DNA of 28,494 nt from a virus (taxonomy: Duplodnaviria > Caudoviricetes), in the IMG/VR virus record IMGVR_UViG_3300025372_000032, positions 1-28,494 of that record; one strand, given 5' to 3'. Shown piece after piece: positions 15,413 through 24,935 of the stretch. Below the pieces are notes generated by a model that was not told where the DNA came from, did no database searches, and saw nothing but the letters and a program-made list of their open reading frames with translations. Numbering within the stretch: position 1 is the stretch's first letter; each line of letters starts with the position of its first letter. The position numbers and the translations under genes were made by a program.

Positions 15413-16260
15413 GTCTTACTTGGACGCCAGCAACTTACCCAATTTGAATTGGATGCAGGAGTTCCGCCCGGATAAGAAACGGTAACATCGCCATCATCTG
15501 GGTTATTACTTCCACCTTTGGGTGTTTGATTTCCCCCAACAAATGTATACTTGCCTCCACTGGCTCCATATACAAAGTTTACATGTCGGTAACTCCAAAA
15601 TGCAATGTCACCTGGTTGTGCTTGTTCTTTTGGAACTTGGGTTGCATTCCATCGTCCTGGATTGGTTGTAATTGCGGCAGCAGATGCAGTCTGCACATAT
15701 TTGAATCCACTAGACTTTAATGCAAAATTAACAAAACCCATACACCATGCTGTTTGATCCGTTGCCCAGGCTCCTGTTGAACCAATGCCCAACGATCTCC
15801 AAATTCCTGTAATATTAGGATTACTAGGTTTGCCGCCCTGGCCGGTTTCACGCCACATTCCTCTACCAGCTTCGTCTAGCGTATTTTTTAAGAATGGAAT
15901 GATGTCACTGAAAGATGCATCTGTGGCAATTAAACCGGCACCTGTTGTTTGATCGTCAGGTGTTCCTGCATAGTTACCTTTAACGCCACCTTCTGCGGCT
16001 GAGGCATTATAATACTGATTAGGCTGTCCATCTTGGGCAGCAACATAAGCCGATGTACTAGCATTAATTGCATCTTGTATTTGAGAAGGAATTGTTACTG
16101 ATGGAGAAACACTTACGCCTGCGTATGCCGCACTTTCTCCAGGGGTTAACCATAATGCCATCGGTACATTATTAGCGAAAACGGTAGGGCTATGATAAAC
16201 ATCAGCAACCTCAACTAATCCGCTATTTCCTTGACTGGTTCCACCTGGTACATATGGCAT
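15409..16260 (-). CDS. TIGR02594-like NlpC/P60-CHAP cysteine peptidase, putative virion-associated peptidoglycan hydrolase
   Basis: NPNI...DQTAWCMGFVNFAL...PGDIAFW...HVNFV...GGNQ; AGGAG RBS; TAAATA at 16285-16280. Confidence 0.75.
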   Translation of the reverse strand: MPYVPGGTSQGNSGLVEVADVYHSPTVFANNVPMALWLTPGESAAYAGVSVSPSVTIPSQIQDAINASTSAYVAAQDGQPNQYYNASAAEGGVKGNYAGTPDDQTTGAGLIATDASFSDIIPFLKNTLDEAGRGMWRETGQGGKPSNPNITGIWRSLGIGSTGAWATDQTAWCMGFVNFALKSSGFKYVQTASAAAITTNPGRWNATQVPKEQAQPGDIAFWSYRHVNFVYGASGGKYTFVGGNQTPKGGSNNPDDGDVTVSYPGGTPASNSNWVSCWRPSKT

Positions 16261-16282
16261 ATATTATCTCCTAATAATGTAT

Positions 16283-16570
16283 TTAACGAAGGGCAATGCC
16301 AGTAGTTCCCTGAACATATTGATCGGACGCATCTTTCTTGCTAGGAACCATAACAAATACATGTTCACGTTTCAATGTGAATGAATCAGTATCTCCTAGA
16401 AATAACCAAGGAATCATTCCTAATCCTTGTGCTCCCATAGTTAATGCTAACGGACGATTAATTTTAATTGTATCAGCATCTTCGCCGTCGTAACGTGCGA
16501 TAATTTCATCTCCGTTAACTAGTTTTAAACTAACAACGGTTCCGTCTGTGATTGGTTTACTTAATAACAT
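16283..16570 (-). CDS. Sm-like (LSm) fold small protein
   Basis: VVSLKLVNGDEIIAR...RP...PW pattern typical of phage Sm-like proteins. Confidence 0.6.
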   Translation of the reverse strand: MLLSKPITDGTVVSLKLVNGDEIIARYDGEDADTIKINRPLALTMGAQGLGMIPWLFLGDTDSFTLKREHVFVMVPSKKDASDQYVQGTTGIALR

Positions 16571-16578
16571 ATTTTCCT

Positions 16579-16986
16579 TTAATCTTCGCCGATTAGGCGT
16601 TCTAATGTTTTATAGTGTTCATATGCCTTTTTAAGGGCAGCAAATTTTTCTAGTTTCTCTGGACTAGGATCTTGTATAATAGCCAGTCTATCTTCTATGG
16701 TTTTTAGAAGTTTAACAACACTATGGCCTTGTATTTTAACATCACCGTCAAACTCAGCGTCTCCTGTAACTTTTATCGATGGGTGGGAATACGATGACGC
16801 CCAGCTAGATCCATTTGCGCCACTGCTGGTTAGAAACGCCCCACTTGGACCGTTAGCTAGAACCGTACTAATAAAAGAGGACGATGTAGATGTTATTGTT
16901 ACATTCCCGTAATAAGGACTATTCATAGAATAATTGGTCCATGATAAATCGTCAACGGTAATGTTACCGTTGAAATCTTCATCCAT
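16579..16986 (-). CDS. Hypothetical protein (Ser/Thr-rich N-terminus, helical C-terminus)
   Basis: Overlaps the glutaredoxin stop; co-directional. Confidence 0.65.
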   Translation of the reverse strand: MDEDFNGNITVDDLSWTNYSMNSPYYGNVTITSTSSSFISTVLANGPSGAFLTSSGANGSSWASSYSHPSIKVTGDAEFDGDVKIQGHSVVKLLKTIEDRLAIIQDPSPEKLEKFAALKKAYEHYKTLERLIGED

Positions 16987-17206
16987 TTAGATGTGCCTTT
17001 AGTTCTGTGAAGCCGCCGATAAGTTGGTTGTCTAAAAAGACTTGCGGAACGGTACGTGCATTTGGCACGGCTTCTAATAGATCTTCTTTGGTATATCCAT
17101 CACCGATTTTCTTTTCTTCAAACTCAATACCTTTTTGTGTTAGTAATGCCTTTGCTTGATCGCAATAAGGGCAGTGGTACTTACTCCATACAATAGCTTT
17201 TGTCAT
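16979..17206 (-). CDS. grxC: Glutaredoxin
   Basis: CPYC active site, TVPQVF, IGGF; next to the RNR genes. Confidence 0.93.
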   Translation of the reverse strand: MTKAIVWSKYHCPYCDQAKALLTQKGIEFEEKKIGDGYTKEDLLEAVPNARTVPQVFLDNQLIGGFTELKAHLNG

Positions 17207-17700
17207 TTTTTCATCTCCTTTTGTAAATCTGCAAATTCTTTTAACATGTTTTCTGTTAGTTCACGATTTTGTTTGCGTAGTTCTTCGTTGGCTTGTTCTC
17301 TAGAAGCCAACAACTCTTTCAATTGACCAATTTTTTTAGATTCCTTGGCGTGTTGGCTATCTTCTTTTTTGCGTGGAGGAATTTCAATTAGGCATGGGCT
17401 GTCAATATTACAAGCCATGACATGTACACGATTACTCCAGTTCAACAACTTATCACTGAGCCAATCCAACATACGAACACGGAGGCATTTTTCCTTAGCT
17501 TCGATTTGATTCAATTTGGCCCATACATCAGCTAAATCTTTCTTACCATTGGCAATAGCTTCAGCGTTGTTCATCAAAACTTTTTCTTTGTGTTTTAATG
17601 ATTTCAAAGTTTGTGTGGAATCAAACAAAGCAGTTGTTTTTACTTCCCCGTTTTCTAATGCTTTTATTCTTTCTTGTGTTTTTTCTAATATTGTTTTCAT
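17203..17700 (-). CDS. Coiled-coil hypothetical protein
   Basis: Lys/Glu-rich helical sequence; start moved to MKTIL behind a GAGGT RBS. Confidence 0.65.
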   Translation of the reverse strand: MKTILEKTQERIKALENGEVKTTALFDSTQTLKSLKHKEKVLMNNAEAIANGKKDLADVWAKLNQIEAKEKCLRVRMLDWLSDKLLNWSNRVHVMACNIDSPCLIEIPPRKKEDSQHAKESKKIGQLKELLASREQANEELRKQNRELTENMLKEFADLQKEMKK

Positions 17701-17707
17701 TTTTACC

Positions 17708-18808
17708 TCATAGATCTGGTAATTCATCGTAACTAACATTATCACTCATAACGCCAATGACATAGTTAGTACTTTCATTTTCTTGAAGTGCTGTTTGTTT
17801 CTTATTAATATTCACATGTTTATTAAACCATGGAATTGGGCTAGACTTAGGATGCTCTTCAAGATATTTAATTCCTACTTCTTTTAATTTAGTAAATGCT
17901 GTGTAGTCAACAAAGTCTTTTAGGATACTGGCATTTAAACCAATAACAACACCTTTCTTAAATAGGTATTCTGCCCATTCTTTTTCCTCACGAATAACAT
18001 CCATGTACAATTGATAAACTTCATCTTTGCACTCTTCTGCGATTGGAGTAAAGTCAGGATCATCTTTAATTACATTATTAATTAACCAGGCAGTCCATTC
18101 ACTATGTAAAATTTCATCTTGTAGGATTAGGCTAATGATGTTACCGTTACCAATATAGATTTTGTTTTCGACCATTGCTAGACTAGTAGCAAATGATACC
18201 ATAAAGCGTAGTGCTTCTAATGCGTAACTGGCATGTAGTGCCATCCAAATTGCTCGCTTGTGAGTATACAGGTCAATTTGCTCACCTAGTTCTTTACGGC
18301 TGTTAAGGATATGAAGGTCTTCATAATATCGCCCAACGCTAGCAGCCATGCCAGCAATTTCAGTTGTATCGTGGATCTTGTTAAATTCATCTTTAGGAAC
18401 ACCGTATACGTTTCTAATGATATGACTATATGATTTACTATGGATACTGGTCTCAAAGAAACTCCAAGTTAGTGTTAACGCTTCGAGTTCAGGTATTGAC
18501 GATACTGGCCCAAACACTTGGAAAGGAGCCCGACCCTGAATGCTATCCAGAGCAGTCTGGCGAAGTAGATTAGAAGTAAAAATATGCTTAACCGCATCGC
18601 TGGCCTCCTTATGATCCATTTTGTCTTTAGTAAGACTGATTTCTTCTGGAACCCAAAAGAATCCACGAGCCAGTTCCTCGTACTTTTGCAGTTTAGGATA
18701 TTTGACTTCTTCGAAACGTTGTACCGTTACAGGACCTTCTGGATCCAGAAACATTTTACGTTTAAGGTAGTTTGTTTGTTTACTAAAATTGTATTGTTCT
18801 TTGCTCAT
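17708..18808 (-). CDS. nrdB: Ribonucleotide reductase class Ia beta subunit
   Basis: FFWVPEE; LDSIQG; ETSIHSKSY (radical Tyr); LEALRF; DEILH; ALQENE..NY. Confidence 0.97.
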   Translation of the reverse strand: MSKEQYNFSKQTNYLKRKMFLDPEGPVTVQRFEEVKYPKLQKYEELARGFFWVPEEISLTKDKMDHKEASDAVKHIFTSNLLRQTALDSIQGRAPFQVFGPVSSIPELEALTLTWSFFETSIHSKSYSHIIRNVYGVPKDEFNKIHDTTEIAGMAASVGRYYEDLHILNSRKELGEQIDLYTHKRAIWMALHASYALEALRFMVSFATSLAMVENKIYIGNGNIISLILQDEILHSEWTAWLINNVIKDDPDFTPIAEECKDEVYQLYMDVIREEKEWAEYLFKKGVVIGLNASILKDFVDYTAFTKLKEVGIKYLEEHPKSSPIPWFNKHVNINKKQTALQENESTNYVIGVMSDNVSYDELPDL

Positions 18809-19512
18809 ATTAAATTTCTCATAAATGGTCTTGGGACATATCTAGGATTATATGGCTCCCCAGGTTCAATGCCTGCCCTTACTCTATCGATATCAATTAA
18901 AAAAATCATTCGCCACTCGTTAGATAAATTGTGAGCGCTGTGTTGTAATTGATTGTTAAATCCAAAAAGATCGTCCCAAGTAACTTCTTCTCCGTCTACT
19001 TCTAAAAAAACATCACCCTTTGGAATTATCAAAGGAATGTGAATCCTTAAAAATCTACCACTCCTATTTTCTATACCAGTGTGTCTAAATATCGAAGTGT
19101 TAGGAGCAAGTATACTATAATTCATTATAGGACAATCGTCTCCATACTCTTCCATTAATTTAAACGCTGTGGGAAATTTTCCTGCATACGGATCGTCTGG
19201 AGACATAACTTTGTTTATATCATGCTTTCGATCTTTTAAAGTATACTTAAATGAAAATCCTCTCCACGATTCTTTGTTAGGTCTATAGTAATTTTTACCT
19301 TCTACTTTAGACTGCACCATATTTTCGTAATGGCTTTCTTCAATCTGGTGATCAGGGCGATTCATTGTTGCTCCACCTAGTTCTTTTGCAGCCGCTTCTA
19401 ATGAATCCCAACCATCCATAAACTCTGACAACAAATCATCTTTGATTGACATCAGTTTATCCCCGATAGGAATTTCTTCTCTTTTCCAAATACCTTTGTA
19501 CTTAGGAATCAT
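18805..19512 (-). CDS. Aspartyl/asparaginyl beta-hydroxylase family oxygenase
   Basis: YSILAPNTSIFRHTG...LRIHIPLIIP...HSAHNLSNEWRMIFLIDI. Confidence 0.85.
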   Translation of the reverse strand: MIPKYKGIWKREEIPIGDKLMSIKDDLLSEFMDGWDSLEAAAKELGGATMNRPDHQIEESHYENMVQSKVEGKNYYRPNKESWRGFSFKYTLKDRKHDINKVMSPDDPYAGKFPTAFKLMEEYGDDCPIMNYSILAPNTSIFRHTGIENRSGRFLRIHIPLIIPKGDVFLEVDGEEVTWDDLFGFNNQLQHSAHNLSNEWRMIFLIDIDRVRAGIEPGEPYNPRYVPRPFMRNLI

Positions 19513-19714
19513 TAGGTTCCTCTAGGTAATTTACATGTTCCGTAGCTCTCCAAAGAGTTAGGCAAGGTAACCCTGTAGGCGACCCATTACTACTATCTTT
19601 ATAAGCTATACGTATTTCAACCCCTTTTTCATGTAAATCAGACATTAAATCGTTGATAATTTTTACATTTTCTTTGATTATGTTAATTTTTTCTAGAATT
19701 TCTGTGTCTATCAT
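19502..19714 (-). CDS. Small hypothetical protein
   Basis: ATGA overlap with the nrdA stop; overlaps the next gene start. Confidence 0.65.
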   Translation of the reverse strand: MIDTEILEKINIIKENVKIINDLMSDLHEKGVEIRIAYKDSSNGSPTGLPCLTLWRATEHVNYLEEPNDS

Positions 19715-22062
19715 AACTTACATGCCTCGCAGTCATCATCTAATTCTTCATAGATAATGGCATTGTCAGTGGTCATAATGCCTGTAGTCACTCCATTGAA
19801 TGTAATTTCATTTGTGCCGGTTACAGAAGTCTTAGCACCTACTTTATTAATTAAACTATAGTATATTGTCTTAAGACCCCATTTGTAAGCCAACATTAAG
19901 TTTTTGGCAATCAGTGTACCTGGAACTTTACTATCTGCAAAGTGTGCAGGATTATAGAATGTGTTAGTACTTAGACTTTGATCAATGTATGCGGCTAGCA
20001 CAGCACTGGTTTTTAGATAGTCAACACAATCAGTTTGATCCCACATCAACTGATAACGATTTCTTAGACGTTTGTACTCTGGCACGACTTGTACAAACGA
20101 TCCAGCTTTCGATTCCTTCACAGAAATCAATTCCATCGGCATTTCAATTCCGTTGGTGGAGTTTAGAACAACTGAGCTGGACTCGACCGGTGCCACGGCC
20201 ATCAATGTAGCATTACGGATGCCATATTGTTTCATACGAGAACGCAGAGGTTCCCAATCTAAACTAGGTGTAAAGTCTGTTAGTTCATTAACACCGTTGT
20301 TGCGACGTTCCCAAGGAAATACTCCCTTACCGTACCAAGTGTATTCACTACGTGTGCATGGGCCTCTTTCTTGGGCAAGCTCAACACTCATTTCGGTAAG
20401 ATAGAATGCCTGATGTTCCATCCAACGTTTAACTTCGGCTAGTGCTTCAGGTGTTCCATACTTGAAACTCTTACGTGCATGCCAGTATGCTAAGTTCGTA
20501 ATGCCAACGCCAAGAGGCTCAAACTCTTTATTGGCCAAACGGCTTTGTACACTTAGGAAGTCTTGATAGTTTAACAAGTTACTTAAACTACGTACCAATA
20601 CACGGCACGCCTTTCTCATTTCCTGCGGATTTCGGAACGCACCCCAGTTGATTGACCCAAGAGTGCAAAGAGCAATTCGTCCCGCTGGATCTTCAATTCT
20701 TTGGAAAGGTCGGGTGGGTAAAAGTATCTCTTGGCATAAGTTTGATTGATATATTGGGTCAAGCTGTGTATCAAACGGACCCTGGTTAATGACGTTGTCG
20801 ATATTGACAAGATATATGCGCCCAGTGTCAGTACGTTCTTTAAGGATACCATTTTTGAATATCTCATTCGCGGATACACTCTTCTTTTTAATCGTTGGGT
20901 GTTTTTCATAATTCAAATATAGGTGTTCAAATTCTTCTGTATCTCTGTAGTACGCTTCGTACAAGTCAGGAACCTCATGTGGATCAAACAGGGTAATGTT
21001 TTCACCATTCTTATAACGTCTCCAAAACATAGCATTAACAACTACACTATAATCCATTTGGCGTACACGAGTTTCTTCAGTACCTTGGTTGTTCTTTAAA
21101 ACAATAAGGTCTTCAAACTGATAATGCCAAACGGGAAATGTAACCGTACAACTAGCATTACGGATACCACCTTGACTGCAACTACGCAGGTCACTGAACC
21201 ATTTCTTCAAGAATGGTATCATACCCGTATGTTTGATTTCTCCGTTACGAATTGGAGCACCTAATGGTCTGATTCTGCCAATTTCGAGACCAATTCCGGC
21301 TCGTTTAGAGGCATATTTCGCCATCATTTCCCCGGCAGCAAAGATACTATCAAGAGTATCATCAGAGGAAATAAGCACACAACTTGAAAACTGCTTGGTG
21401 GTAGTACCAAGGCCGGCAAGAACAGGAGTAGCCAAAGTAAAATGGCCAGCCGACGCACATTCATAATATTCTTTAACATATTTTAATCTCGCATCTTTAG
21501 GTTCATTGTGAAATGCTGTGGCTGCGGCAACAGCATAACGCACCTGTGGCGTTTCGTAAATCTGACCAGTGGCTCGATTCTGTACTAGATACTTTTCGCA
21601 AAGTTGAGCAATGGCTGCAAATGTGTATTCTTCGTCTTTACCATGATCGATGAACAAGTCAATAATGTTCCATTCATCTTCTGTATACCAGTCGAGTAGC
21701 TCCTTGGTATACATGCCTGCTTCTACGTTAGTTTTAATAATTGAGTATAGCTTGGGAGGATCGTAATCTCCGTATACTTCTTTGCGTAGCATACTGACAC
21801 GTTGTCTGCCTGCTACATATTGATAGTTGACATTGTTAATCTCAGGGTTTTCTGTTTCGTCGATTAAGTTAACCATAGCTTTAAGCAAAAGCTCGTCTAT
21901 GGTCTTTGTTGACATTCCGTCGTGTAATTCTATTTGTGCTTTAATTTCTACCATCGATGGGCTAACTCCATCGATACCTCTGCAAGCATGGGCAACCTGT
22001 CTCTGGATTTTTGAAATATCTAGAGGAACACGCTCCCCGTTACGCTTGATAACCATGATCAT
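19711..22062 (-). CDS. nrdA: Ribonucleotide reductase class Ia alpha subunit with ATP cone
   Basis: VIKRNG ATP cone; ATPV; FSSC; SNLCQEI; LCTL; KTIYY; C-terminal CEACKL. Confidence 0.98.
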   Translation of the reverse strand: MIMVIKRNGERVPLDISKIQRQVAHACRGIDGVSPSMVEIKAQIELHDGMSTKTIDELLLKAMVNLIDETENPEINNVNYQYVAGRQRVSMLRKEVYGDYDPPKLYSIIKTNVEAGMYTKELLDWYTEDEWNIIDLFIDHGKDEEYTFAAIAQLCEKYLVQNRATGQIYETPQVRYAVAAATAFHNEPKDARLKYVKEYYECASAGHFTLATPVLAGLGTTTKQFSSCVLISSDDTLDSIFAAGEMMAKYASKRAGIGLEIGRIRPLGAPIRNGEIKHTGMIPFLKKWFSDLRSCSQGGIRNASCTVTFPVWHYQFEDLIVLKNNQGTEETRVRQMDYSVVVNAMFWRRYKNGENITLFDPHEVPDLYEAYYRDTEEFEHLYLNYEKHPTIKKKSVSANEIFKNGILKERTDTGRIYLVNIDNVINQGPFDTQLDPIYQSNLCQEILLPTRPFQRIEDPAGRIALCTLGSINWGAFRNPQEMRKACRVLVRSLSNLLNYQDFLSVQSRLANKEFEPLGVGITNLAYWHARKSFKYGTPEALAEVKRWMEHQAFYLTEMSVELAQERGPCTRSEYTWYGKGVFPWERRNNGVNELTDFTPSLDWEPLRSRMKQYGIRNATLMAVAPVESSSVVLNSTNGIEMPMELISVKESKAGSFVQVVPEYKRLRNRYQLMWDQTDCVDYLKTSAVLAAYIDQSLSTNTFYNPAHFADSKVPGTLIAKNLMLAYKWGLKTIYYSLINKVGAKTSVTGTNEITFNGVTTGIMTTDNAIIYEELDDDCEACKL

Positions 22063-22097
22063 ATTTTTTGTACCTTCAAAATGTGTTTAGATGATAT

Positions 22098-22532
22098 TTA
22101 CCAGGAGCCATTTAGTTCTACTATATTTTCTATATAAAACGGATCTAGTATATCTTCGACGCTCATTGGCTCATTATCTTTGTAGTTTATAGCCCAAGTG
22201 TCGTCAACACATACTATATTAGTATAACACGTTTTCTGAGCATTCACAATAGTTTTAATTTCAATCTTTGAATTTTTAAACCTATTGGTTAACTTTATAG
22301 TCCAGGCTATCATAACTGCCTTGGTAAAATCATCGTATTTGTTATGTACAATTATTTCCCAAGGCGTGGGCCAGTCACGTTGATTGAACGGATCTATTTT
22401 ATTGTTGTAGGGAATGTAGGGAGCATCTTTCCAATACTCCCAAACATCGTTAAGAGGTTGGTTGCTATTTTCTATTTGGCGACGGAAGTGTGCCCAATCG
22501 GATAACCGATCATCAACTAATTTTTGAAACAT
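22098..22532 (-). CDS. Hypothetical phage protein
   Basis: Trp-rich (WPTPWEI); starts 1 nt after the stop of the upstream gene. Confidence 0.7.
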   Translation of the reverse strand: MFQKLVDDRLSDWAHFRRQIENSNQPLNDVWEYWKDAPYIPYNNKIDPFNQRDWPTPWEIIVHNKYDDFTKAVMIAWTIKLTNRFKNSKIEIKTIVNAQKTCYTNIVCVDDTWAINYKDNEPMSVEDILDPFYIENIVELNGSW

Positions 22533-22533
22533 G

Positions 22534-24174
22534 TTAAACGGTTATGTCTAAAGTAAATTCTAACTGAGTAACTGCTGAAGTAAAACTAGAGCAGGTTATA
22601 CTTATATAGTTGTTTCCTGCTATCATGTATGGAGATTTTGATAAATCCGTTGAAAACAATATTAACGTTGATGCGTCAGTGGTAACTTCGGAATAATTGT
22701 AATAGTCACTGACACTGGCAAATCCATCACTCGAAATATTAACGGTAAGTCTACCTTTTCTACTCATGTCAGTATTTGATAGCTGATAGTCTATAACAGC
22801 TAATTGGTCAGCACCTGTTAGAGGAATTGCAATAACATATTGATTAGAAGAATTTCCATTAACGGTCAACGACTTTGTTCGATTGTTAATTATTTTTGCA
22901 TTTCCACTGGCCAAAGGACTATAATGAAAATTAGGAACCTTTGTTACTTCTTCTCTATTAAAATAATCATTTAATGACACATTGCCTTGTGTATTAAATT
23001 GCATAACTGACCTTGCTTGGTATGTTATGTTTTCATCCGGTGTTGATGCATTGTTACCTACATAGTAAAAACTATTTTCATTGCTTACTACTCTACTAGC
23101 ATACGTGGAAGTAGTTGTATATATTGCTTCGTTGTAGATGAAAGAAAATTTATTTTTAGAAACTAATGTATCTACAGGAACAGAAGTATTGGTATTAACA
23201 CTGGCTAATACTACACCGTTGTTAAGGTTAACAAAGTTATTTTTTTCTATTACGGTTTTGCTTACTTCACCAAGACCGTATACACCTACATTAAGTTGTG
23301 AAAATGTGCAATCAACAATTTCAATGTTTCTGCATATAACGGTGCTTTCATCAGATCCTATAGAACCTCTTATACCAATTCCTCTGCCTGTTGACACAAA
23401 CCCTGTAGTGGTGTTTGCTGTAGTAAATTCTACGTTAACTATTTTAGGATTTTCAGTATTGTCTAAAGATATCAAAGGAGTATCGTTAGATTGTGATCCG
23501 CTATACGCCAGTGTCATATTAGAGATGCTGACATTCTTAGAAGCATTACCGTTGAACTGCATACCCTGTTCGTAATGTGCTCCTAACTTGTCAACGGTTC
23601 TAAACATACCTGTGCCTGAACCATTTAGTACTAATTTAGTAATGCCTGGACCTTCTCCAACTAGGTTAACATAAGGTGGAAGATCAATTACACCTGATAC
23701 AATAAAATTACCTGCAGGTAATTTAAGTACGCAAATAGTAGAAGTAGTAAAATAAGGGTTAGCATATAGATTGCTAACCGCGGTTCCTAACAATTGAGTT
23801 ATGTCAGTACCTTCTATAACAGCCTGTGTAAAATCTGTCAAGTTGGCAAAAGTGCTATCTAACTTTTTAGCAATATTTGTTGTAGTAGATGCAAAATGTA
23901 TGTAAGGGAGGTCGTCTCGATATCTATATGTACTGGTACTTGCAACAGATCCAGTAGTTCCACCGCCCAGTGCATTGAAAATATTACGTAGATCAACTTC
24001 AGTTAAAATGCGAGTATTGTTGTCGCTGTTTGCACCTTCGCTGATTCGTTTACCAATGTAAAGATTTTGCGTATCTTCAGCCCAGCCAAGTTCGCCAGGA
24101 TCTAACATCGGTACACCTGTAACGTTTTCTTGTCCTCTTCGGACCTGAATTTTTGCAATCTCAATAACGGCCAT
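22534..24174 (-). CDS. Virion structural / tailspike-like protein with pectate-lyase-like beta-helix
   Basis: N-terminal IQVRRG...LDPGELGWAEDTQNLYIG attachment motif; LKLPAGNFIV...LVGEGPG..KL and Asn/Ile/Val ladders. Confidence 0.7.
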   Translation of the reverse strand: MAVIEIAKIQVRRGQENVTGVPMLDPGELGWAEDTQNLYIGKRISEGANSDNNTRILTEVDLRNIFNALGGGTTGSVASTSTYRYRDDLPYIHFASTTTNIAKKLDSTFANLTDFTQAVIEGTDITQLLGTAVSNLYANPYFTTSTICVLKLPAGNFIVSGVIDLPPYVNLVGEGPGITKLVLNGSGTGMFRTVDKLGAHYEQGMQFNGNASKNVSISNMTLAYSGSQSNDTPLISLDNTENPKIVNVEFTTANTTTGFVSTGRGIGIRGSIGSDESTVICRNIEIVDCTFSQLNVGVYGLGEVSKTVIEKNNFVNLNNGVVLASVNTNTSVPVDTLVSKNKFSFIYNEAIYTTTSTYASRVVSNENSFYYVGNNASTPDENITYQARSVMQFNTQGNVSLNDYFNREEVTKVPNFHYSPLASGNAKIINNRTKSLTVNGNSSNQYVIAIPLTGADQLAVIDYQLSNTDMSRKGRLTVNISSDGFASVSDYYNYSEVTTDASTLILFSTDLSKSPYMIAGNNYISITCSSFTSAVTQLEFTLDITV

Positions 24175-24176
24175 AA

Positions 24177-24200
24177 AAATATCCCTGTATGGGATATTTA
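24177..24200 (-). promoter_or_regulatory. TAAATA late-type promoter within an RBS-sequestering hairpin
   Basis: TAAATATCCC-ATACA-GGGATATTT directly before the ATG at 24174. Confidence 0.6.
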
Positions 24201-24202
24201 TC

Positions 24203-24928
24203 TTACTGAGTAAGCATTTGTTTTAGGCCACGCATACCTGTAGTGTAATATTCTTGTACTTTATCTAACCACTTGTTTTCCCAATGGGTAAATTCGTCTG
24301 GCCATAGGTCAAATTGTTGATATTGTAGATCTCTACTACACATAAACACATGACCTTCGTTGATCGTAGTACCATAAACTTCATTATGTGCTAATATATA
24401 GGCAACCAATTGAATCTTATAGTCATCAACCCATTCTTCTTTCTTGGGCTTGTTAGTTTGCTTGTAGTCGCATACACTAGGGTTACCTTTGTAAACACCT
24501 ACTAAGTCAGTAGTTCCGCTATATAGACCTGGAAAGTATAAACTCTGTTCCATGGCCCATATTTCACTCATATCCTTAAGGCCGTTTTCAATAATAACAT
24601 CTGCCATTTTGTTAGCTTGAACATGTACAGGATTATTACCGGGTTGTCGTTGTACGCCTGCAATAAATCTTTCTAAGTTGGCATGCATAGCGGTCCCCAC
24701 CCCGGCCGCCTCTGTTGTGATTTGTTGTGCTTTGGCTTCACCTACTCGTTTCTTCCATTCATTCAGTGCTGTCATATCTTTAGTAGAACTAAGGATAGTA
24801 GTTACACTAGGAAGTCTTTCTCCGTCTGGAGTTTGGTAAACTCTTTTACGAGTTACTGGATCATTAATTTGTTGGCAGTTTTTATATTGGAATCGTTCAA
24901 CGAACGGAGGAGGAGTATAGATAGTCAT
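24203..24928 (-). CDS. PD-(D/E)XK exonuclease (phage RecB/lambda-exo/MGME1-like)
   Basis: PSVTTIL; GTAMH; E..LY; GTTD; DYK; Q...Y. Confidence 0.85.
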   Translation of the reverse strand: MTIYTPPPFVERFQYKNCQQINDPVTRKRVYQTPDGERLPSVTTILSSTKDMTALNEWKKRVGEAKAQQITTEAAGVGTAMHANLERFIAGVQRQPGNNPVHVQANKMADVIIENGLKDMSEIWAMEQSLYFPGLYSGTTDLVGVYKGNPSVCDYKQTNKPKKEEWVDDYKIQLVAYILAHNEVYGTTINEGHVFMCSRDLQYQQFDLWPDEFTHWENKWLDKVQEYYTTGMRGLKQMLTQ

Positions 24929-24935
24929 AAACTTA

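Noticed and set aside
17708-22062. Introns or inteins in nrdA/nrdB
   Set aside because: Both ORFs are continuous and of normal class Ia length
24203-24928. Cas4 or CRISPR association of the PD-(D/E)XK nuclease
   Set aside because: No Cas4-type Cys cluster, no cas genes and no repeat-spacer array seen in the window
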